In this document: positions 26,087-33,307 of the stretch, piece by piece
How the letters are laid out: each line of letters begins with the position of its first letter
Numbering within the stretch: the first letter of the stretch is position 1
Sequence record: SRR20825019_2886
Length of the DNA stretch: 33,307 bases
Reading direction: 5' to 3' (one strand)
Program-made: the position numbers and the translations under genes
Notes under the pieces: model-generated
What the model saw: only the letters and a program-made list of their open reading frames with translations
Told to the model about the DNA's origin: nothing
The model's database searches: none

Positions 26087-26890
26087 ATGATATTATTTCC
26101 TCCAGCAAAGATTAATCTTGGGCTGAACGTTAAAAATAAACGTGCTGACGGATACCATGAAATCGAAACGTGCATGTATCCGATTTCTCTCACAGACGTG
26201 CTAGAAATTCTTCCTGATGAGCAATTTTTGTTTACCCAAACTGGTATTAAAGTCTCGGGTGATGTGGAGGATAATTTATGTGTGAAAGCATTTAGATTAC
26301 TGCAAAAGGAATTTGAGATTCCTAACGTCTATATTCACTTGCGAAAGAACATCCCGATGGGGGCTGGATTAGGAGGTGGTTCGGCAGATGCAACGTATGT
26401 TTTAATTGGACTGAATGAATTATTTTCTCTGAATCTTAGTGAAGGGAAACTGGAAGAATTATCTGCTAAATTGGGGAGTGATTGTCCGTTCTTTGTGAAA
26501 GATGTTCCACAAATTGCAACGGGGAGAGGTGAGGTGCTTTCGGAATTTCCGTTGGATTTAAGAGGGTACTATCTGTACTTAATTAATCCTGGAATTCATG
26601 TGGGAACCGCAGAAGCATACGCTGGAATTTCGTTTTCAGAGGAAGGTACTCCTTTGGCTGAGTCATTAATTCATCCAATGGAAACGTGGCGAAACGAGAT
26701 TAAAAATGATTTTGAAAAGAACATTTTTTCTGATCATCCCAAAATCGAAGAGATAAAGAATACGCTATACTCGCAAGGTGCAACGTACGCCGCGATGTCA
26801 GGAAGTGGATCATCTGTCTTTGGAATCTTTAAAGAGCGACCAACAGAACAATTTCCAGAGTATTTTGAGTTTATTACTGCGCTAGCTTAA
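26087..26890 (+). CDS. ispE: 4-diphosphocytidyl-2-C-methyl-D-erythritol kinase
   Basis: [45 protein letters not shown]. Confidence 0.97.
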   Translation: MILFPPAKINLGLNVKNKRADGYHEIETCMYPISLTDVLEILPDEQFLFTQTGIKVSGDVEDNLCVKAFRLLQKEFEIPNVYIHLRKNIPMGAGLGGGSADATYVLIGLNELFSLNLSEGKLEELSAKLGSDCPFFVKDVPQIATGRGEVLSEFPLDLRGYYLYLINPGIHVGTAEAYAGISFSEEGTPLAESLIHPMETWRNEIKNDFEKNIFSDHPKIEEIKNTLYSQGATYAAMSGSGSSVFGIFKERPTEQFPEYFEFITALA

Positions 26891-29118
26891 TTTTTGATGA
26901 TTCTTCTGAAGAGAATTTCACCGCGTTTCATTTCTGATTTGATCATATAAATACCATTCGGTAAATCGGAAAGATTGAGTGTTGTGCTGTTTGCATTTAC
27001 CTCTTGTGAACTAATCAACGCTCCAGAAAGTGAAATCAGATCAACCCGCTTAATGATCGCGTCTTTTGCCATTACGGTAAGTTCTGTCGTTGCTGGATTT
27101 GGATAAATACTCAGCATCGTATTGGATTCATTTTCTGTAATTCCGATAGAGCTATTAGGATCGTTTTCAAAACGGTAAATACCTCCTAAATCTTGACCAA
27201 GGTATAAATCTGCTTTTCCGTCGTCATCTAAATCGGTGATCCAACACGCGCTATATGCTTCTACATTAATTCCTAAATATTCATTGGAAATGAGCGTAAA
27301 CGACTGTCCGCTTCCTGTATTACCATCAATGTCTTCGAAATAGTTAATCGTTCCATCATAGTTACCTACGAACAAGAATGTTTCTCCGCCTTTGCGAGTG
27401 AAATGTGGAACGGCATATCCATCAGGATTTCCGCTAGTTCCAGTAACGTCAATTCCGCCAAGAGTGGAGTTGGTTAACGTAAACTGAGGAACGGTTGCAG
27501 TCCCCGTGTTTTTGTAAAATACAAGTTCTCCCGTCCGCTTGCCAAGAACAAGGTCGATGAGTCCGTCATTATCAACGTCAAAAAGTTGTGGTGAGGAAAA
27601 AGTCCCAACATTTATTATTTGACCTACCGCGTCCGTGTAGTTCGGAACTCCAGATCCAAAGATGGCTCCACTCCCAACGGACTGATTTTGAAAGTAAATA
27701 AGCGATCCATTTTCTATAGCTAACAACATATCTTGATCTCCGTCATTATCGATATCCCCAAAGGTTGGAATACTGCGCAAACCGTTATTTGCTGAAGATA
27801 AATTCAAATAATCATCATCAATATACGTTAAAACGGGGTTGGAAGCCGTTCCTGTATTTTGATAATAAGCCAGCGTACTTTCTTTGTCCAATATTGCTTT
27901 GTATCGATAGAAGTTCGCAACAATGAGATCTTCTAATCCATCTTCATTGAGGTCTACAAAAATAGGAACGCTGCCCGTACCGTGTTCAATCATTTCATCT
28001 TGCAAAAAGTTGTTTTTGACAAAAACAAAGTTTGGTAAGGCGTTGGTGCCAAGATTCTTATAGAAGAAAACGCTTTTTTCGTTGAAAGACACATTTCGCG
28101 CATTCGGAGCAACAATCAGGTCTTTAATTCCATCGAAATCTACATCCAGAAAAAAGGCTGCTGGAAAAATAGAAATGTTGACAGGGGTTGAATTTGACGG
28201 AAACGCAGGGTCAATGCTGATCATTGGAGAATCTGTATTGGGAGCGGTGCCGCCATTGATTAACATGTTGAGATTGCTGAAAGAAACGTCACCAATCACT
28301 AAGTCATAAACCCCTGAATTGTCCATGTCTATTGCCAACGTTGTTGAGCCTGTGTGACTTGTTCCGGATGCCTCTGGATTAACAATATCTCCTCCAACAC
28401 ACGGCGGATTTGGATCATTAAGTGAAAGTGCGTTTGTATTGAGATCTTCTTTAAATTTCCCCCAGCATTGATTCATCAACACGAATTCCAAAGAATCGGG
28501 AATGCCATACATTTCCATGGACTGATTCTGATGATATTCCATGTGCATTCCGCCCTGACTAAATGTGAGTACATCAATATCTCCATCAAAGTCAACATCG
28601 ATAATCGCTGGAATGTCTGAACTGTAAACAAGGAGATTACTCGTCCCTAGCGGATATTGTGTTTCAACGATTTCCTTGAAAAGTTCCCATTGCAATCCGT
28701 TTGCTAAATCACCTACATTTCTGAAAACACGGAGTCCGCCAATTCCATAAGTGAATAAATCTTTTCTTCCATCATTATCGTAGTCGACCATTGTAGCTCG
28801 ATAGCGCAGATCCGCAGGGAAATAATCCGCGGCGTACGGTTGTAACTTGTAGTATTTATTGGGAGCTGTTCCTTCTTGCGTGAAAACACGGAGGTTATTA
28901 TTACTTCTGTCAAAAACGAACAAATCTAAATCTCCATCAAAGTCATAATCGAAATCAGAAAATTGTGGTTGATTTAATCCTCCAGTCCACGGATTTTCGA
29001 GTGGAATTCCACCTTGAATTACAGGGACAGAGTCGTTGTACTCAAAACTGAACTGACTGAACAAAGTAGAACTGAACGAAAAGAAAAGAATAAACAGGGA
29101 TAGAAAACGATAAATCAT
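26887..29118 (-). CDS. FG-GAP/VCBS-repeat protein with T9SS C-terminal domain
   Basis: Signal peptide LFS|Q; nine DxDxDG-type motifs; CTD IYPNP...LSDLPNGIYMI...RRIIKN; 4-nt tail-to-tail overlap with ispE. Confidence 0.88.
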   Translation of the reverse strand: MIYRFLSLFILFFSFSSTLFSQFSFEYNDSVPVIQGGIPLENPWTGGLNQPQFSDFDYDFDGDLDLFVFDRSNNNLRVFTQEGTAPNKYYKLQPYAADYFPADLRYRATMVDYDNDGRKDLFTYGIGGLRVFRNVGDLANGLQWELFKEIVETQYPLGTSNLLVYSSDIPAIIDVDFDGDIDVLTFSQGGMHMEYHQNQSMEMYGIPDSLEFVLMNQCWGKFKEDLNTNALSLNDPNPPCVGGDIVNPEASGTSHTGSTTLAIDMDNSGVYDLVIGDVSFSNLNMLINGGTAPNTDSPMISIDPAFPSNSTPVNISIFPAAFFLDVDFDGIKDLIVAPNARNVSFNEKSVFFYKNLGTNALPNFVFVKNNFLQDEMIEHGTGSVPIFVDLNEDGLEDLIVANFYRYKAILDKESTLAYYQNTGTASNPVLTYIDDDYLNLSSANNGLRSIPTFGDIDNDGDQDMLLAIENGSLIYFQNQSVGSGAIFGSGVPNYTDAVGQIINVGTFSSPQLFDVDNDGLIDLVLGKRTGELVFYKNTGTATVPQFTLTNSTLGGIDVTGTSGNPDGYAVPHFTRKGGETFLFVGNYDGTINYFEDIDGNTGSGQSFTLISNEYLGINVEAYSACWITDLDDDGKADLYLGQDLGGIYRFENDPNSSIGITENESNTMLSIYPNPATTELTVMAKDAIIKRVDLISLSGALISSQEVNANSTTLNLSDLPNGIYMIKSEMKRGEILFRRIIKN

Positions 29119-29280
29119 TGCGATGTTTTTACTTAAGACGAATGTGATTCAAAATAGGTTGTTGCTTCACTTAGAGTAAATATCGTAAAGATTTTAGTAC
29201 TCTCCGATATATTCACATCCAAATAGTGTCTTTGTTACCCGATTGATTCTTCTGTATAAAACACTGATTCGCTGGATAAA

Positions 29281-30381
29281 TCAAGGTGTTTTGATTACAC
29301 GGAAGGTTTCGCTTCCAATGCGAATAAAGAACACACCTTCCAGATAATTTGATAAATCTATGGTGATACTGTTTGAACCTGAGTAAACAATAGAGAGGTC
29401 TAATTTTTCACCAACTGAACTGTATACTTCAGGTGTTGAATTTGGAACTTCCCCTCCAGAAATGGTTACTTTCCCTGTCGTGGGATTTGGATAAACGTTC
29501 AGTTCAGCTGTTTTTGGAGATAAATCCATAGCTATTATTCCGGCAGACCATTGTTGGCCGTCAAAATCGACTTGAGTACAGCGATAATATGACAATCCTG
29601 CAAAAGGTTTTGTGTCATTCATTCTATAGGAAAGCATAGTAGAACTATTTCCAGCTCCCTTTTGATGTCCAACAAACTCCCAATTTTCTAAATCGGTTGA
29701 ACGCTCAATTGTAAAATAGTCGTTGTTTTTTTCAGACAGCGTTTTCCATAATAGCTCCACGCTAGAAATGTCAACAGGATTTGCCTTAAAATCGATCATT
29801 TCTATCGGGAGAACAACAGAGCAACTTCCCGTACCTACAGTAAATCCATCCAGACTGCAATAACTATTTCCGAGTCCATAATTTTGCATGTAAATCCTTA
29901 AAGGCATTGTAACCGCATCTGCGGTAAAGTTCATCGTGTAAAGTGTCCAATAACTTCCTTGGTTGACATCAAATATTTGTGAAGTGGTACCAACTTCAAC
30001 TCGCGGCTGACCGACTAAAGCATTGTAAGAAGAGCAGCCAAAGTTTGCAGCATAGAAACAAAGGGTGTATGTCTGACCGATCGTTAATCCAGTAATAGTC
30101 GATTGTGCACATTCTATTCCTGAAATTGATGCTACACCTAACCATGATCCCCCATTTGGAGAAGGAACTGCAGGAACAGCAGATGAGGCGAGGAACCCAG
30201 GGAAAGTAACGTCACACAAATCTGGAGAAAAACTACAGGTACTCCATCCTGTGGCATTTGCCAACTGACTATTTCCAACGGGTGTACCGGTGACTCCGCC
30301 ATTTACTACTGCTTGTGCCATTGAGACACTAGCTATACATAATAGTGTAAAAAATACAATACTCTTTTTCATCGAAATCAT
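29281..30381 (-). CDS. T9SS-secreted protein with Cys-rich N-terminal beta domain, Ig-like LPIE domain and CTD
   Basis: Signal peptide SMA|Q (start may be 30372); LPIEMIDF, W.T.SE.NNDYFTIERS, YYR..QVDFDG; CTD VYPNP. Confidence 0.85.
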   Translation of the reverse strand: MISMKKSIVFFTLLCIASVSMAQAVVNGGVTGTPVGNSQLANATGWSTCSFSPDLCDVTFPGFLASSAVPAVPSPNGGSWLGVASISGIECAQSTITGLTIGQTYTLCFYAANFGCSSYNALVGQPRVEVGTTSQIFDVNQGSYWTLYTMNFTADAVTMPLRIYMQNYGLGNSYCSLDGFTVGTGSCSVVLPIEMIDFKANPVDISSVELLWKTLSEKNNDYFTIERSTDLENWEFVGHQKGAGNSSTMLSYRMNDTKPFAGLSYYRCTQVDFDGQQWSAGIIAMDLSPKTAELNVYPNPTTGKVTISGGEVPNSTPEVYSSVGEKLDLSIVYSGSNSITIDLSNYLEGVFFIRIGSETFRVIKTP

Positions 30382-30561
30382 GTTTTATGTAAACAAAATT
30401 ATCGGCAGGAGACTCGACCAAATTAGTTAATTTATGGTTTAGCATCTACAAATCGTCGATAAATATTTTTCAATTGTACCATTTTTATAGTCTTGAATAA
30501 GTTTCCTAGGTCAAATCGCAACCTTTTAGTTGAAAATGTGTCTTTGTGGAAACTAGATTTT

Positions 30562-31806
30562 ATGAACTCACTCAATTTTAGATTACTCACATTGTGTATT
30601 ACAATGTCCTCATTCGGTTTTTCTCAAGACACTGCTTCGGTGCTGTTTATTGGGAACAGTTATACTTATGCGAATGATCTTCCAACAATGTTAGAGAACC
30701 TCGCAAATTCGTTGGGAGATGTCGTAACAAAAGATTCGCAAACGCCTGGAGGTACAACTTTTCAAGGGCATGTAAACAATCAAGCTACGTTTGATAAAAT
30801 TGCCTTACAAAACTGGGATTATGTTGTTTTGCAAGGTCAAAGCCAAGAGCCTTCTTTTGCTGATGCTCAAGTAAATGCTCAAACGATTCCTTATGCAAAG
30901 CAGATTGCAGATAGTGTGTATGCCAATTATTTTTGCTCAGAAGTATTGATGTATATGACATGGGGGAGGGAGAATGGAGATCCACAATGGGCACCGATTT
31001 CAACCTTTGATGGAATGAATGCACGCTTAAGATCTGCGTACATGCGCATGGCTGATACAGTTCAAGGCTCCGTTTCGCCTGTAGGTGTTGCATGGAAATA
31101 TGTAAGAGATAACTACCCTGCGATTGATTTATACGTTGCGGATGGTTCTCACCCAAGTGTGGAAGGAACATATCTTGCTGCATGTACATTTTATAGCTCG
31201 ATTTTCAGAAAATCTCCCGTTGGTTCTACCTATTTCTCGACGGTTGATCCTACAACTGCCGTTATTTTGCAAAACGCAGCAGAATTGGTCGTTTTGGATA
31301 GTCTTGACCAATGGAATTTGCGCCCAATTTCGGAGCATACGAAAGCGGAGTTTGATGTTGCCAACTTTATGAACTTGTTTACGTTTTGGAATTTCAGTAC
31401 CAAAGCGAATCAGTATTTATGGGATTTTGGTGATGGAACAACTTCTACATTAAAGAATTTGTCTCACGAGTACGCAGCGACTGGAATTTATACGGTGACA
31501 CTAATTGCGGAAAGTCCATGTGACAGTGATACTGTTTCTTACCAAATTGAAGTAACCGAAGTTTCAGTCGGCGAATTAACCGCAGAGGGATTAAAGTTGG
31601 CTCATTTGGATAATGGTGTTTATTCTATGCGCCTTCCAAACGGATCTAATGAAATTGAACTCTACACTATGGAAGGTAAGAAAGTGGACTTCATATTATC
31701 TGGAGAAGGAATGATCAAACTTGATTTTAAACAAGCAGGAAACGGAATTTATTTGCTCAAAATAAAAAGCGAAAGCGGCGAAGGAACCCTTCGATTGCCA
31801 TACTAA
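30562..31806 (+). CDS. SGNH/GDSL-like hydrolase (DUF4886-like) with PKD domain and divergent T9SS CTD
   Basis: Likely start ATG 30562, signal GFS|Q; VLFIGNSYT, WDYVVLQ, YMTW, DGSHPS; PKD YLWDFGDG..H.Y...G.YTVTL; tail YTMEGK...NGIYLLKI. Confidence 0.8.
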   Translation: MNSLNFRLLTLCITMSSFGFSQDTASVLFIGNSYTYANDLPTMLENLANSLGDVVTKDSQTPGGTTFQGHVNNQATFDKIALQNWDYVVLQGQSQEPSFADAQVNAQTIPYAKQIADSVYANYFCSEVLMYMTWGRENGDPQWAPISTFDGMNARLRSAYMRMADTVQGSVSPVGVAWKYVRDNYPAIDLYVADGSHPSVEGTYLAACTFYSSIFRKSPVGSTYFSTVDPTTAVILQNAAELVVLDSLDQWNLRPISEHTKAEFDVANFMNLFTFWNFSTKANQYLWDFGDGTTSTLKNLSHEYAATGIYTVTLIAESPCDSDTVSYQIEVTEVSVGELTAEGLKLAHLDNGVYSMRLPNGSNEIELYTMEGKKVDFILSGEGMIKLDFKQAGNGIYLLKIKSESGEGTLRLPY

Positions 31807-31818
31807 GAATTAAGTCCA

Positions 31819-31853
31819 AACTGCCGTTAACATTTCTTGTGTTAACGACAGTT
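31819..31853. repeat. 14-bp imperfect inverted repeat (operator or terminator) abutting a -7 box
   Basis: AACTGCCGTTAACA-7 nt-TGTTAACGACAGTT. Confidence 0.55.
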
Positions 31854-31860
31854 AAATTTG
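31853..31860 (+). promoter_or_regulatory. -7 element upstream of creD
   Basis: TAAATTTG, 61 nt upstream of ATG 31922. Confidence 0.5.
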
Positions 31861-31921
31861 AGAGATGTCATAAAATGTTGTTGGTTGATCAGCGTTCAGT
31901 TGAAAACAAAAACAACTTTCT

Positions 31922-33238
31922 ATGAAACAAGCTTTCGAAAACATCTTTGTGAAGATGGGAGTCATCCTAGTGTTGATTATCATCCTCTTAATTCCATCAA
32001 AAATGGTGGAAAACCTCATTCATGAACGTATGCAACGACACGAAGAAGCCGTCGTTGAGGTAAGTTCTAAGCACGCCTCTCAGCAGTCGATTATTGGCCC
32101 TGTTTTGAGTATTCCTTACAAAATTCCTTATGAACAAGCGGAGGATAATGGAAACGTACTCATCAAAGAAGAAGGAGTATTTCACATTCTTCCAGATCAA
32201 CTGAAAATAGCAGGAGATGTCTCGCCAGAAGAACGGAAGAGGGGAATTTTTACAGTCGTCGTTTTCGGCTCTAAGTTGAAAATAAATGGAAATTTCGCAA
32301 ATATTGAATTAAAACATACGGGATTAAAAGAAGAATACCTCGATCTCGGTAAAGCATTTGTGAGCGTGGGGATTTCAGACTTAAAAGGGCTCAATGAGCA
32401 AGTAATGGTAACGCTTGGAGATAGCCAAAATATGTGTCGACCAGGGTTGATTTCGACAGACGTCATCACTTCAGGTGTTCATTTCATGTATCCGCTAGAT
32501 TCAATTCCAACAGATTTAAAATTCGATTTTGCCTTAAACTTGAACGGGAGCGAACACCTAGGGTTTGCGCCAATTGGAAAAGAAACTTCTGTAAACCTGA
32601 AATCAAAATGGAGCGATCCGAGCTTTGATGGGGACTTTATTCCGACAAGCAGAAAAGTGACCAAAGACGGTTTTGAAGCTGAATGGAAAATTTTGAACTT
32701 GAATAGAAATTATCCGCAGAGCTGGAAACAGAAAGATCACACGGTGAAAGGATCTGAATTTGGCGTTGAACTAATGCTGGGAATGGATGTCTATCAGAAA
32801 TCGATGCGTGTCGCGAAATATTCACTACTGTTTATTATTCTCACGTTCTTAGTTTTCTTCTTCGTTGAGGTAATTAACAAGATCTTGATTCATCCAATTC
32901 AGTATATTTTGGTAGGAGTCGCACTTGTTTTGTTCTATGTTTTAATGTTGGCACTAAGCGAACAATTCACGTTCAACTTGGCTTATCTTGCGGCGTCGTT
33001 AATGACCATCTCTCTCATACTCATGTACGGAAAATCTGTACTCAAATCTTGGGGTTTGTCCTTCATGACAACAGCTATTTTGGCAATCATGTATGGATTT
33101 ATCTTCATAATCATCCAATTACAAGATTATGCGTTGCTTTTCGGTAGCTTGGGAGTATTCCTGATTTTAGCGGTAACAATGTATTTTTCTAAGAAAATCG
33201 ATTGGTTTGCCATCGGTGAATCGAAAGAAAAGGAATAG
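31922..33238 (+). CDS. creD: Inner membrane / cell envelope integrity protein CreD
   Basis: LLIP..MV..LI.ER, GPVL.IPY, RKRGIF, W..PSFDGDFIP, GFEAEW, KYSLLFI, IHPIQYILVG, LALSE, DYALL.GS. Confidence 0.92.
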   Translation: MKQAFENIFVKMGVILVLIIILLIPSKMVENLIHERMQRHEEAVVEVSSKHASQQSIIGPVLSIPYKIPYEQAEDNGNVLIKEEGVFHILPDQLKIAGDVSPEERKRGIFTVVVFGSKLKINGNFANIELKHTGLKEEYLDLGKAFVSVGISDLKGLNEQVMVTLGDSQNMCRPGLISTDVITSGVHFMYPLDSIPTDLKFDFALNLNGSEHLGFAPIGKETSVNLKSKWSDPSFDGDFIPTSRKVTKDGFEAEWKILNLNRNYPQSWKQKDHTVKGSEFGVELMLGMDVYQKSMRVAKYSLLFIILTFLVFFFVEVINKILIHPIQYILVGVALVLFYVLMLALSEQFTFNLAYLAASLMTISLILMYGKSVLKSWGLSFMTTAILAIMYGFIFIIIQLQDYALLFGSLGVFLILAVTMYFSKKIDWFAIGESKEKE

Positions 33239-33245
33239 TGTATAC

Positions 33246-33285
33246 TAAAAGTGTCGCGACAAGCTATTTTGCCGCGACACTTTTA
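33246..33285 (+). terminator. Intrinsic terminator after creD, possibly bidirectional
   Basis: TAAAAGTGTCGCG-14 nt-CGCGACACTTTTA, a perfect 13-bp inverted repeat 7 nt after the stop. Confidence 0.75.
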
Positions 33286-33307
33286 AATTGAAGCTAAACT
33301 ATTTGGT

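Noticed and set aside
26025-26108. 28-aa N-terminal extension of AccA overlapping ispE
   Set aside because: AccA homology begins at MATYLDFE; the extension is an ORF-caller artefact.
1-33307. CRISPR arrays, IS elements, prophage, anti-phage defence genes, rRNA/tRNA
   Set aside because: No spaced direct repeats, transposase, integrase, phage or defence motifs, or RNA-gene signatures were seen by eye.

Overview
Gene-dense, AT-rich chromosomal segment of a Bacteroidota bacterium. Four proteins carry type IX secretion (T9SS) C-terminal domains, several TAnnTTTG -7 promoter boxes are present, and the gene content suggests a Flavobacteriales/Crocinitomicaceae-like organism (inference). About 29 CDS and no recognisable rRNA, tRNA, CRISPR, IS or prophage. 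Housekeeping genes (ybaB, 5-formyl-THF cyclo-ligase, msrB, yidD, accA, ispE, creD, an HI0933-family flavoprotein) are interleaved with poorly understood envelope modules. (1) A four-gene heme operon at 6.4-9.6 kb encodes a TsdA/SoxA-like diheme cytochrome c, a DUF5777-like beta-barrel, a lipoprotein cytochrome with a CX4CH motif, and a CxxCH-bearing Reeler-like T9SS cargo. It may form a trans-outer-membrane electron or heme conduit. (2) A five-gene operon at 15.7-22.9 kb couples an FAD reductase and a membrane polyferredoxin to three glycosyltransferases, and overlaps tail-to-tail with a GH-A-like hydrolase. (3) A GT2 plus GT-C pair in which the GT-C is fused to MORN repeats. (4) A stand-alone orphan gene resembling the nematode PUD-1/PUD-2 domain. 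(5) A conserved hypothetical protein that looks like a cryptic STAS domain. All family calls come from visual motif recognition; no searches were run.
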